DNA from: Pseudomonadales bacterium
GTDB taxonomy: Bacteria > Pseudomonadota > Gammaproteobacteria > Pseudomonadales > Azotimanducaceae
Direction of reading: 5' to 3'
Length of the DNA: 64,000 nt
Assembly (NCBI GenBank): GCA_965200235.1
Contig: OZ241339.1
Location: 372,508-436,507 of the forward strand
The notes beneath the pieces were generated by a model that had not been told where the DNA came from, made no database searches, and saw nothing but the letters and a program-made list of their open reading frames with translations. Shown here piece after piece: positions 22,364-31,706 of this stretch (within the stretch, counting starts at the first letter, position 1; each line of letters starts with the position of its first letter). Made by a program: the position numbers and the translations under genes.

Positions 22364-25237
22364 ATGGCTGGTAATTCCACAGAAGTCGCATACAACTTTG
22401 CGCTCGCTAAGCTGCTTCGTCTTGAAGGGTTGAACGCCCAAGCGGAGCAGCGCAAGAAGTTCGGGTCTGCACGCGGACAAGCCGATGTGCTGATCGACTT
22501 CGATGACTACGCGGTTGTCATTGAGGCGGAGTTTGGCAGCCCCGGCAAGAAAGATGCCGACAAGCGATTCCCTCGCGAGGCGCCTGCCGTGGTCAACGGA
22601 CTCGAAGTGCGCTTGGTCGTTGCCCTTGGCTACCCGGCGCACTTGGCGCAGTTGCCTGAAAGCGATTCTGAATCCAATTTGTCCGAGCGGAGCGACCTGC
22701 GAATCGCCTACCGATACTACGGTGAAGATTGGGGAGAAGAATCTTCGACGTCGGTGGCGGCTCTTGCGGCAACCTTGCGGGATTATTGGGTGCAGAGCGA
22801 TAACGGCATCGGTATTGAAGAGATCGTTGAGCAAGCCTCCGAGGCGATTCGGCTAGCGGCGTCGGTCTTGGAAAAAGTGGATGCGGACGGAGAGGAAAAT
22901 GCCGACGGCCCCTCGACCAAAGCGCTCATCTGGCTGAACGCACTGCTGTTTCAAGAATTGCTGGCGCGGCATTTCGATCACTCCGAGCTGCCTGCCGAAC
23001 ACGCTGATAAGAAGATCCGGCGCCCGGACCCGGAACGCGGCGCCGAACACTTGCTGTCCCAATGGATCGAACTGCTCGAAATCAACTGGTGGCCCATCTT
23101 TCATATCGCCAAAGAGACCTTGAAGACGACACCTGCGCCGAACGACTATCAAGCGCTTGCTATCTTGAAGCGTGCGGCGGCGGAGATTGCCGAGACAGGT
23201 GCCATCCGCAGGCACGATGTCGCTGGCCGTATTTTTCATCGCCTGCTGGACTCGCGGAAGTTCCTAGCGACGAACTACACGACAATTCCAGCAGCCATCA
23301 TGCTGGCGGGACTTGCGTTTGATGAGCGCAGCGAAAGCTGGCGTGGGATTGATTTCTCGAGTCCTGCGAGCGTGAAGGCGCTGAAGGTCGTAGACCCCGC
23401 CTGCGGCAGCGGCACTTTGCTGATGGCGGCGACTCAGGAAATTCTCAAACGTGCGCGCAGGACCGACGATGCCAGTTTCGACGAGCGGGCGGTGGTGCGC
23501 GCGGTTCTTGAGGAAGCGCTGTATGGATTCGACGTGGTGCCGGCCGCCGTGCATCTGGCCGCCTCAACGCTGTGCATGGCGGAGGCGCGCCAACTCATTC
23601 AGGACATGCAATTGTGGCGGTTGCGACATGAAGTCGTAGAAGGATTGCCGAGGCTCGGCAGCTTGGATTTTCTCGCTACCTCCCCAAGCAAGGGGTTTGC
23701 GAAACCGCTCGGCCTGTTTGAGGAGGAAGGTGTCTCCACGAGAGTGTCGGGGTCGGCGGAGCAAAGAGAACAGATGGACATGCCGGGCAAGTGCCATTTG
23801 GTGATCGCCAATCCGCCGTATACGAGGGCGGGCGGGCCTGGAAACGAAGACAATAGCAATTGGAATCCTATCTTTGGCTCGCTGCTTGATGGCAAGGATG
23901 CCGACACGATGAAGCGCGCCTTGGAGAAGGCGCTGAGCCCAACGGCGGCAAGCATGTATGCAGGGCTCGGTTCGGCCTTTGTCGAGCTTGCTAACCAGCA
24001 TCTCGATCACCAGGGTCGCCTTGCCTTCGTGCTGCCCGGCACGCTGCTATCTGGGACTCGCTGGGCGAGCGTTCGTCAGCTCCTGCTCGGCAACTACTGC
24101 ATTGACTGGGTGGTTGTCAGTCACGACGGGCGCAATCGCAGCGCGCGCAAAGAGTTGCCGGGGAGAAGATGGATTGCATTTTCGGAATCCACGCGCATCG
24201 CCGAAACACTGGTCGTTGCGACCAAGAACGCTGGCGACGCCAGGCAGCATCATCAAGTGCGATTTGTGAATCTATTGCGCAATCCCGACGAGCCGCTTGA
24301 GGCACTTGCGCTCACGCAACGGCTTCTGGCACTGGATGAGGAGGGCGTGCCTTCGGAGCCTGTGTCGATCAGGATTGGTGATAGGAATTGGGGGAGTGTC
24401 GTTGCTGTTCCACAAACAGAACTTGATCAAGGCCCATGGTCGTATGCGTCTCTTGTACAGCCAGAACTTTCGAGCACGAGGCTGCGGCGTTCGTCTTCAT
24501 CCACACACTTCTTGGATAATATTCCGAGAGTGGAGTTGCAGAACCTTGCAGATTTTGGTCCGTATGAGATGCAGATTAAGAACCCTGATCAGGGACTGTT
24601 TACGATCATTCAATCGACAGAGACTTTGCATGCGGGCATTCCCGCGCTTTGGCACCATAAATCGACCTACAACAACACGCTTCTGGCGGCATCGGATGCA
24701 CGATTGCAAAGGCGGAGTGACAAGGATTCGAAGAAGCAGGAGGCCATGCTTGCGAAGCAGCGTCGTCTTCATCTCGCCCGTGAACTTGGGTGGGCCCCGC
24801 AAAAACTGGCCTGTGTACTAACCGAGACACCGATGCTTGGCGTTAGGTCTTGGGTAACGATTCTATTGCATCATGGTGTTGGCGGCGCTGAGGAAGCGCT
24901 GTGCCTTTGGTTCAATTCGACACCTGGCGTGTTGATGCGGGTGCTGCATGGGGGGCGACCCTATCTTGGTAGGTCTACGATCACGCATGAGCTTGCACGC
25001 AGTTTGCCAGTGCTCGATGTTGGCAAGCTTGATCAGCAGCGACTGAAGGCATCGGTAGACATCTTCCATAGTCTCAAGAACCGTCCGCTGCAAGGATTTA
25101 CAGACATTGCAACCGATCCCGTGCGGAGAGAACTGAATAGCCGCTTTGCCAAAGAGGTACTCGACGTGGACCCCAACCTGATTGAGGCATTGACGCAAAA
25201 GCTGGCGCTGGAACCCACCATGCACGTTCGGCACTGA
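22364..25237 (+). CDS. large gamma-class N6-adenine DNA methyltransferase, possible fused type IIG/IIL restriction-modification enzyme
   Basis: Motif I is VVDPACGSGTLLMAA and motif IV is VIANPPYTRAGG. The N-terminus has a PD-(D/E)XK-like string (GQADVLIDFDDYAVVIEAEFG). The protein is about 957 aa. An upstream in-frame ATG at 22319 is also possible. Confidence 0.65.
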   Translation: MAGNSTEVAYNFALAKLLRLEGLNAQAEQRKKFGSARGQADVLIDFDDYAVVIEAEFGSPGKKDADKRFPREAPAVVNGLEVRLVVALGYPAHLAQLPESDSESNLSERSDLRIAYRYYGEDWGEESSTSVAALAATLRDYWVQSDNGIGIEEIVEQASEAIRLAASVLEKVDADGEENADGPSTKALIWLNALLFQELLARHFDHSELPAEHADKKIRRPDPERGAEHLLSQWIELLEINWWPIFHIAKETLKTTPAPNDYQALAILKRAAAEIAETGAIRRHDVAGRIFHRLLDSRKFLATNYTTIPAAIMLAGLAFDERSESWRGIDFSSPASVKALKVVDPACGSGTLLMAATQEILKRARRTDDASFDERAVVRAVLEEALYGFDVVPAAVHLAASTLCMAEARQLIQDMQLWRLRHEVVEGLPRLGSLDFLATSPSKGFAKPLGLFEEEGVSTRVSGSAEQREQMDMPGKCHLVIANPPYTRAGGPGNEDNSNWNPIFGSLLDGKDADTMKRALEKALSPTAASMYAGLGSAFVELANQHLDHQGRLAFVLPGTLLSGTRWASVRQLLLGNYCIDWVVVSHDGRNRSARKELPGRRWIAFSESTRIAETLVVATKNAGDARQHHQVRFVNLLRNPDEPLEALALTQRLLALDEEGVPSEPVSIRIGDRNWGSVVAVPQTELDQGPWSYASLVQPELSSTRLRRSSSSTHFLDNIPRVELQNLADFGPYEMQIKNPDQGLFTIIQSTETLHAGIPALWHHKSTYNNTLLAASDARLQRRSDKDSKKQEAMLAKQRRLHLARELGWAPQKLACVLTETPMLGVRSWVTILLHHGVGGAEEALCLWFNSTPGVLMRVLHGGRPYLGRSTITHELARSLPVLDVGKLDQQRLKASVDIFHSLKNRPLQGFTDIATDPVRRELNSRFAKEVLDVDPNLIEALTQKLALEPTMHVRH

Positions 25238-25240
25238 CTC

Positions 25241-25981
25241 TTACAGCAACCGCTCCTCGACCGCCAGCACGATCTCCGAGCGATTCGTCGCATTGCCAAG
25301 CGGCTGGCCGAAGTGATCGGCAAGGTGGCCGGTGACTCCGAACTTCACCCAGCCGTCGTCCATCAGTTCGATTTCGCCTGCCGGGATGCGGGTACTGGTA
25401 TCGGTATCTAGCAGCGTGACGCGCAGACGTGAAGCGTCCGTCGCTTCGGCGCGGAGCGCTGGCAATACTTGTCGTCCTTGCCAGTCGCCAATGCCGAGGT
25501 CAACGCTGCCGCCTGTCCAGTCAATTTGACCCGACAGGCTGATGGCGTCCCCTGTCTGCGCGATGCGGAAGTCCTTGAAGCCAAGCCGCCCTTCGGCAGA
25601 AATGGCGTATCGAGAGAGAATGGGCGCGAGTTGCGCGATGTCAATGGAGCCGGACAAGGCGGCGTTCACGGTGCCTGCTTCGTGCGTCACTTGGCCGCTC
25701 AATCCCGAATCTTGAAGCGCCCATTCGAGTTGCGGCGACAATGTCACGAGCGAAGTTGGCGACATCTTCCACGCGAGGCGCCCGAAATCCACCTGCATGA
25801 CGGAGACTTTCGCGCTGCCGCGCCAAAGCGTGCCTTGGGGCGCTGCCAGCCGCAGCGTAGTGCCCGCCGCCGAATCATGCACAAGGTTCGGGACGATGCT
25901 CGCCGGCAACTGCGTCAGCACAGCGAGCGCGAAGACGAAGAGGCCGAAGAGCGAAAAGCCAATAATCGTCCGCCGCGTCAC
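25241..25981 (-). CDS. GspN-like single-pass membrane protein (orphan)
   Basis: 246-aa ORF with an N-terminal TM helix (IIGFSLFGLFVFALAVL). Motifs reminiscent of T2SS protein N: QGTLWRGSA, SGQIDWTGGS. The GTG start overlaps the dapE stop (GTGA, 25978-25981). There are no other gsp genes nearby. Confidence 0.35.
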   Translation of the reverse strand: MTRRTIIGFSLFGLFVFALAVLTQLPASIVPNLVHDSAAGTTLRLAAPQGTLWRGSAKVSVMQVDFGRLAWKMSPTSLVTLSPQLEWALQDSGLSGQVTHEAGTVNAALSGSIDIAQLAPILSRYAISAEGRLGFKDFRIAQTGDAISLSGQIDWTGGSVDLGIGDWQGRQVLPALRAEATDASRLRVTLLDTDTSTRIPAGEIELMDDGWVKFGVTGHLADHFGQPLGNATNRSEIVLAVEERLL

Positions 25982-27099
25982 GTGAGTATGGATTCCAGAA
26001 TCTTCAGATAGATGCGCTCAAGCGCCTCAAGATCGTCAAGGCTGACGCGCTCGTTGACTTGGTGAATGGTCTCGTTGCAGGGGCCGAGCTCGACCACCGA
26101 GCAACCGTGCGCCGCGACGAATCGCGCATCGGAAGTGCCGCCGCCAGTATCGAAACGTGGCGCGGTGCCGGTCGCTTCGCGAATAGCCTCTGCGACCGTG
26201 TTCTGAAAGTCTGCGCTTGTGTTCAAGAAGGGCAGGGCGCTCGTCTGCCATTCGACCTCATAGTGCTCGCAGCGTTCGGCAATGATCGCTTCGGCGCGGG
26301 CTTGCAGGGATTCCGGCGTCGAAGCCGGCGAGAAGCGAAAATTGAAGTGGGCGACGAGCTCGCCGGGGATGACGTTCGTGGCGCCGGTGCCGGATGTGAC
26401 GTTCGAGAACTCCAAGTTGGTCGCAGGGAAATCCTCGCTCGCTTCGTCCCATGTCATTTGTGAGAGCGCTTGGATGATTCGGCTGGCGATATCGATGGGA
26501 TTCTTGGCAAGATGCGGATAGGCGACATGGCCTTGGATGCCTTGGATGGCGAGGCGAGCGTTCATCGATCCGCGCCGGCCATGACGAACAGTGTCGCCTG
26601 CGCGTTCAAGCGACGATGGTTCGCCGACCAAGCAATAGTCGGGAAGCTCGCCCTCGTCTGCGAGCACCTCCATGACGCGCCTCGTGCCGTCAACCGCATC
26701 GCCTTCTTCGTCACTGGTGATGAGAAACGCGAGCGAGCCGCGCATTCTGTTTTGGCGGACAAACGTTTCGGTCGCCGCCAACATGCACGCGATGCCACCC
26801 TTCATATCGGCGGCGCCGCGACCGTAGAGAAAGCCATCTCGGACGCTTGGCTCGAAAGGTGGGGTTGTCCAAGCGTCCAATGGACCGGTCGGTACGACAT
26901 CCGTATGACCGGCGTAGGCGAGCAGCGGTCGCTTGTCTCCGAGCCGCGCCCACAGGTTCGAAACCTGCCCAAACGCAAGCCGGCGCACCTCAAACCCAAG
27001 TGCTTCGAGTGTCGCGGCGATCACGTCTTGGCAACCTGCGTCATCCGGAGTGACCGAAGGTTGGGCAATCAGCGTTCTAGCTAGATCAAATTGGCGCAT
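25978..27099 (-). CDS. dapE: succinyl-diaminopimelate desuccinylase
   Basis: 373-aa ORF: LIAQPSVTPDDAGCQDVIA ... AYAGHTDVVPTGPLDAWTTPPFEPSVRDGFLYGRGAADMKGG ... a typical M20 DapE. It lies adjacent to dapD. Confidence 0.9.
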   Translation of the reverse strand: MRQFDLARTLIAQPSVTPDDAGCQDVIAATLEALGFEVRRLAFGQVSNLWARLGDKRPLLAYAGHTDVVPTGPLDAWTTPPFEPSVRDGFLYGRGAADMKGGIACMLAATETFVRQNRMRGSLAFLITSDEEGDAVDGTRRVMEVLADEGELPDYCLVGEPSSLERAGDTVRHGRRGSMNARLAIQGIQGHVAYPHLAKNPIDIASRIIQALSQMTWDEASEDFPATNLEFSNVTSGTGATNVIPGELVAHFNFRFSPASTPESLQARAEAIIAERCEHYEVEWQTSALPFLNTSADFQNTVAEAIREATGTAPRFDTGGGTSDARFVAAHGCSVVELGPCNETIHQVNERVSLDDLEALERIYLKILESILT

Positions 27100-27111
27100 G
27101 AGAACAAAAAT

Positions 27112-28125
27112 TCAGTTGTGCGCATGAAGCGCCGCGTTGAGTTCGACCTTTGATCGATTGGTTCGGCATTCTATGCCGCCGGTGAGGCCGTTCCTGATAA
27201 AGAGCATGTCGTCGCGTCCTGACAGGTCGCGCGCCTTGACTTCGCCGATGCGCGCGCCCTCAGCGTCAAAGACCGACACCGGCGTGCTTGCGGTGATATA
27301 GAGACCCGCCTCGATGGTGCAGCGGTTGCCGAGCGAGATGCCGGTGCCGGCATTGGCACCGATGAGGCACTCATCGCCGATCGAGACGCGCACCGTGCCG
27401 CCGCCGGAGAGCGTGCCCATGATGCTCGCGCTGCCGCCGAGGTCGGAGTGCGCGCCGACGACGACGCCTTGACTAATGCGTCCCTCGACCATGCCCGGAC
27501 CGATCGCACCCGCGTTGAAATTCACAAAGCCTTCGTGCATGACCGTGGTGCCCTCGCCGAGATAGGCGCCAAGGCGAATGCGCGAGGCATCGCCGATACG
27601 AACGCCGGTCGGCACGAGATAGTCGGTCAAGGGCGGGATCTTGTCGACGAGGCGCACCTGCAAGGAGCGTCCTCGCAGACGCTCGCGCATGTTCGCCGCA
27701 GGCACGTCTTGTGGTCTCATAGGACTGAGATTGGTCCAAGCGAGGGTAGGAAGGACGCCAAAGAGTCCGTCAAGGTTCATCGTGTTGGGTTGTTTCAGGC
27801 GCGCTGAGATAAGATGCAGCTTGAGGTAGGCGGATTCGATGTCTTCGATTGGGCCGTCTTCAAGCAGCGTGACGGCGACCGGAGAAGCCGAACCGCGCTC
27901 GTCGAGCAGTGGCGCCAAGGCGTCAGCACTTGCGCCAAGCGCCGCTTTGATCTTCTCGCCGAACGCGCCTGAAATTGGCGTGACGATTGATTTCCGGTTC
28001 GTAGCCAAGACCTTTTCGAGCGCTGGCGCCGCGCCCCCGCAGGCGAGGTGCGCAAACCACACGTCAAGCGTCCCAAGATGGTCTTGCCGCACGAATCCAA
28101 GGCCGTAAGCAAAAAGTTGATTCAT
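27112..28125 (-). CDS. dapD: 2,3,4,5-tetrahydropyridine-2,6-dicarboxylate N-succinyltransferase (long form)
   Basis: 337-aa ORF with YLKLHLISARL ... LPTLAWTN and a hexapeptide-repeat left-handed beta-helix region (GAYLGEGTTVMHEGFVNFNAGAIGPGMVEGRISQGVVVGAHSDLGGSASIMGTLSGGG). Confidence 0.9.
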   Translation of the reverse strand: MNQLFAYGLGFVRQDHLGTLDVWFAHLACGGAAPALEKVLATNRKSIVTPISGAFGEKIKAALGASADALAPLLDERGSASPVAVTLLEDGPIEDIESAYLKLHLISARLKQPNTMNLDGLFGVLPTLAWTNLSPMRPQDVPAANMRERLRGRSLQVRLVDKIPPLTDYLVPTGVRIGDASRIRLGAYLGEGTTVMHEGFVNFNAGAIGPGMVEGRISQGVVVGAHSDLGGSASIMGTLSGGGTVRVSIGDECLIGANAGTGISLGNRCTIEAGLYITASTPVSVFDAEGARIGEVKARDLSGRDDMLFIRNGLTGGIECRTNRSKVELNAALHAHN

Positions 28126-28297
28126 GTGTCGATGTGATACGTGACGATTCGTTATTGTAGCGGTCGCACTGTAGCGAAAACCGCAGAAACATTGATATCA
28201 CCGTGTCTGCCACATGCCGCACGGAACTCTTCGGCTCCACTTTCTATACGCTGCTCGCGGGTCGCACAGTCTTTCGTCGCTTCGCGTCGATTGACTA

Positions 28298-28467
28298 GTG
28301 CTCCGTCAAACTAAAAATGAGGTGTCAGCGCGCCCTTCGGGTGGCTGCGGGCAGTCCCCGTGCGGCGTTGCGCCGCTTGGAAATACGGCGGGTATTCCCT
28401 GCGCGACGCGCCTTGCACGGAAACTGCCCGCAGCCACTGACACCTGATTTTTAGTTTGACGGAGCAC
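28298..28467. mobile_element. MITE family C (about 170 bp) inserted at CTAG
   Basis: TIR GTGCTCCGTCAAACTAAAAAT.AGGTGTCAG at both ends (28298... and ...28467), with TA flanks inside CTAG at 28295-28298 and 28467-28470. The interior forms a long hairpin. Confidence 0.75.
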
Positions 28468-28470
28468 TAG

Positions 28471-29778
28471 CAGCCTGTTGAAAAAGGGCGATTCTGGCGG
28501 AGTTGGGCGGCGTGTCCCATCGAATTGCGCCCGCCTTCGGTGGCGAAGGACTCCGCCGGGCGTGCCCCCATCCATGCGATCCGGCTTCCGACTGTCCGCT
28601 GGAGGCGCGTTCCGCCCGTCCACGACCCCGCCCGTGGCGTTTCCGGCGCCCGCCCCGTCATGCCCATGCCTCCAGCCGCCTCAGCCTCACGATGTTGTAG
28701 GCCGCGGCCGCAAGCCGGAACTGCCAGGCCGCGTTCGCCAGCCCCCGGTGGCGCAGCTTCCCCAGCAGCCCGTAGGTCTTCATCCAGCCGAACGGCTCCT
28801 CCACCTGCTTGCGCTTCCGCTGGCTCACCGCGTACCCCGCGTGGCGCGTGGTGCGACCGTCCACGCAGCCCCCGGACCGCTTCGCCGCCACATGCGGCGT
28901 CACCTTCATCTCCCGGCACGGCTTCACGAAGTCCGCCACGTCGTACCCCTTGTCCGCGCCCACCGTGCGCCTTCGCTTCCCGGGCCGCCGCGACAGCAGC
29001 GCCACCCCCGCTTCCCATTCCGCCCGGCCTCCGGCCACCGTCACCTCCGTGTCCACGATCAGCCCGTTCCGGTTCTCCGTCAGCACATGCCCCATGTAGC
29101 TCAGCTTCGCCTCCTTGCCGGGCCCCTTCCGGTACAGCCTCGACTCCGGGTCCGTCGTCGACGCGTGCGTCTCGTTGCGCCGCCTCTCCCCGTGGAAGTC
29201 CGACCCGTCCCCGCCGCGCGCCTCCCCGTCCTTCGGCCGGAACGACTTCAGCGACGCGCACGCCTCGATCAGCGTCCCGTCCACGCTGAAGTGGTCGCGC
29301 GACAGCAGCCGACGCCCCTCGCCCTGCTTCCTCACCGCCTCGAACAGCAGCCCGTCCAGCCCCTCGCCGAGCATCCGGTCGCGGTTCTTCGAGAACGTCG
29401 AGTGGTCCCACACCGGCTCGTCCGCACCCAGCCCAACGAACCACCGGAACAGCAGGTCGTGGTCGAGCCGCTCCATCAGCAGACGCTCCGAACGCACCGT
29501 GTACAGCACCTGCAGCAGCAGCGCCCTCAGCAGGTGCTCCGGCGGGATCGACGGACGACCGCGCTCCGCGTACATCCGCGACAGCGCCGGCTCCAGCTCC
29601 GCAAGCGCCGCGTCCACTATCCGGCGCACCGCCCGTATCGGATGCGCCTCCCCTATCCTCGACTCCATGTCCACATAGCTGAACATCGACACCTGCCCGT
29701 CCACTTCGCCACGCATCCTCTTGCTCCTCTGCCGTCCGCACCTCTATTATCCTTCAACAGGACTTTTTCAACAGGCTC
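28471..29778 (-). mobile_element. IS5-family insertion sequence (1308 bp) flanked by CTAG
   Basis: Terminal inverted repeats: CAGCCTGTTGAAAAAG (28471-28486) versus the reverse complement of CTTTTTCAACAGGCTC (29763-29778). CTAG lies on both sides (28467-28470, 29779-29782). It contains a single DDE transposase ORF. Confidence 0.85.
28658..29716 (-). CDS. IS5/IS1182-type DDE transposase
   Basis: 352-aa ORF: MFSYVDMESRIGEAHPIRAVRRIVD ... LLRALLLQVLYTVRSERLLMERLDHDLLFRWFVGL ... HFSVDGTLIEA ... GADKGYD ... EEPFGWMKTYGLLGKLRHRGL, a typical IS5-family transposase. Confidence 0.85.
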   Translation of the reverse strand: MRGEVDGQVSMFSYVDMESRIGEAHPIRAVRRIVDAALAELEPALSRMYAERGRPSIPPEHLLRALLLQVLYTVRSERLLMERLDHDLLFRWFVGLGADEPVWDHSTFSKNRDRMLGEGLDGLLFEAVRKQGEGRRLLSRDHFSVDGTLIEACASLKSFRPKDGEARGGDGSDFHGERRRNETHASTTDPESRLYRKGPGKEAKLSYMGHVLTENRNGLIVDTEVTVAGGRAEWEAGVALLSRRPGKRRRTVGADKGYDVADFVKPCREMKVTPHVAAKRSGGCVDGRTTRHAGYAVSQRKRKQVEEPFGWMKTYGLLGKLRHRGLANAAWQFRLAAAAYNIVRLRRLEAWA

Positions 29779-29850
29779 CTAGGCACCTACGCCGTAGAAC
29801 GGTTTTAATGGGCTTGGATGCTATCTAGAAGAAAATAATAGTCGATACTA

Positions 29851-30113
29851 GTGTCCTGTCCCATAAATAAGTGTGGTTCAGAGTGAGCACAATCGCCGAG
29901 GGCAAGGCGCAGTCCGCAGGGAATATCGGGTATATTGCCAAGGGCTGCAACGCAGCCGTCGGCGATTGTGCCCACTCCCGAAGGGCGCGCAGGAGAAGGG
30001 CTGTGGCCACGTTGCGTCCCTTGGCAATACGGCAAAGTATTGCCTGCGGAACGCGCCTTGCCACAGCCCTTCTCCTGCGCGCTGAACCCACACTTATTTA
30101 TGGGACAGGACAC
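29851..30113. mobile_element. MITE family B, copy 1 (about 263 bp) inserted at CTAG
   Basis: 26-bp perfect TIR GTGTCCTGTCCCATAAATAAGTGTGG (29851-29876) and its complement at 30088-30113, with TA flanks in CTAG. An inverted second copy lies at 31707-31969. Confidence 0.8.
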
Positions 30114-30299
30114 TAGCGCTAAATGTGTCACGAACTATCCAAAATAATGGATTTATGATCGGAGTTGTGTCAAATTGCCCATCTTGAATTTCCTACGGTG
30201 CAGGCCCATAGCGATCTCGTTTCAATAATGCTAAGCATTTGCAATCGGGGATGCGTGTCCGCTAACGCATGGCCCGACACCTGCTGTGTCTCGCGCTCG

Positions 30300-31316
30300 T
30301 TAGTGAGCACCGTTCGCCTCGCGCAGCTTTGAAAGAAGTTCGCTCTCGCTTCGGCAGTCCACAATCCAGCCCCAGGCGCGCTCGTAGTCGTCCGCCGTAT
30401 TGAATCTCGATAGATAGTCTCCGAGGCTCTTCTCTGCCCGCGGCCCGAACTTGCGCGCCGCCTGATGGCCGAGTCGGGAGCGCTCCTGTGCCCGAAGATC
30501 GCGCGTTGCTTGCTCCATTCCTTGCTGCATGCCTCGCTCCATGCCCCTCAATTTGAATAGCTCCACCACATCTGGCATGAACTCTTCGTATTCCCGCGCA
30601 CGTTCCTCAAGTGTCATGGTCACCTCCTTTCGGTCTGCTTGTTCAAATCTTGTCAGCCAATTCGCCCGGTACGCCCACTCCGCCAAGTCCAGGCAGAACT
30701 CGGGGTCGTCCCGCGCCCACCGCCGCCGCGCCCGCTTCAGCACGTCCCGCGCTTCCACCTCGCCCTCCGCGCTCGCCATCCCAACGATCAGGGACATCCG
30801 GTCTCCTTCAGGCAGTTGACTTGACGACAATCGCTTGGCGTCGAGCAGAAGATAGCACTTCTCCGACAGGAACGCCAGCAGCCCCGGCGAGTTGTCCGCC
30901 CCCTGCCGCAGGTCGGCGGCGGCGCGCCACGGCGGCTTGCCCGTGTAGAACACCAGCGGTAGCAGCCTCGGCACCGGCTCTCCGCGGCGCAAAAACGGCT
31001 CGCAGACCATGATGCACAAGCCCGCCATCCGCGACGCCATCGCCGCGTCCGGCGACGACTGGGCTTCGATCAGCACCACGACCCGCGTGCCGTCGGGCAG
31101 GGCGAGTTCCCACGCGGTGTCGGCGCGCCGCAGCTTGAGCTGCGAATCGACCTGCTCTTCGGGAAAGCGCTTCAGCGTCGAGGCGTCGAACGCTGGCAGC
31201 GTCCCTTCTGGGAGGCAGCATCGGAGCAGCTCGCTCACGATGTCGGCGCGCCCGAACAGCCGCTTGGCGATGCGGTCGTGCCATTCGCGTATGCCGGTCT
31301 CGCTGTCCATGCGCAC
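30300..31316 (-). CDS. Rpn-family recombination-promoting nuclease / putative transposase (PD-(D/E)XK, YhgA-like)
   Basis: 338-aa ORF: WHDRIAKRLFGRADIVSELLRCCLPEG ... LRRADTAWELALPDGTRVVVLIEAQSSPDAAMASRM ... LPLVFYTGKPPW, the characteristic Rpn N-terminal nuclease layout. Confidence 0.7.
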   Translation of the reverse strand: MRMDSETGIREWHDRIAKRLFGRADIVSELLRCCLPEGTLPAFDASTLKRFPEEQVDSQLKLRRADTAWELALPDGTRVVVLIEAQSSPDAAMASRMAGLCIMVCEPFLRRGEPVPRLLPLVFYTGKPPWRAAADLRQGADNSPGLLAFLSEKCYLLLDAKRLSSSQLPEGDRMSLIVGMASAEGEVEARDVLKRARRRWARDDPEFCLDLAEWAYRANWLTRFEQADRKEVTMTLEERAREYEEFMPDVVELFKLRGMERGMQQGMEQATRDLRAQERSRLGHQAARKFGPRAEKSLGDYLSRFNTADDYERAWGWIVDCRSESELLSKLREANGAH

Positions 31317-31457
31317 ACTCTGGCAGGACTTTGCGGGAACCGAGTTGCGACTTTTGCTCGAATCCGTGCGGGAGATTGGCGCTTCGTCCTGTAGGACGGC
31401 CTGTCGGTGGCCGCCGCCAACGTGTGGCTGAAACGGGTCGGGCGTGAGGTTTCTTTA

Positions 31458-31704
31458 GGGCGTGTTCACACTATGCCCGCCGACGCTGTTGTCTCCTGAG
31501 CAAGAGCCGAAAAAGGTGAATCACGTGCCCCAAATGGGTCGCTCCGGCTCTTGCTCAGGCGAAAACCCTTCGGGCCGGCCCCGTTTTCCGCCAGCCTTCG
31601 TTCTCGCTCACTCATGGGGGGGGTAAGCCCCACAGCGCTCGCTCGGCCTTGTCTGGCGGAAAACGGGTCTCGGCAGCGTCGGCGGGCATAGTGTGAACAC
31701 GCCC
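31458..31704. mobile_element. MITE family A, copy 2 (inverted relative to copy 1)
   Basis: TIR GGGCGTGTTCACACTATGCCC (31458...) and its complement ending at 31704. It is about 90% identical by eye to the reverse complement of 21528-21772. TA flanks lie at 31456-31457 and 31705-31706. Confidence 0.8.
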
Positions 31705-31706
31705 TA

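Noticed and set aside
28467-29782. 424-aa (minus) and 434-aa (plus) ORFs spanning the whole IS element, plus several other overlapping frames
   Set aside because: These are Pro/Arg/Ala-rich alternative-frame translations of a high-GC IS. The 352-aa frame (28658-29716) carries clear IS5-family transposase motifs.
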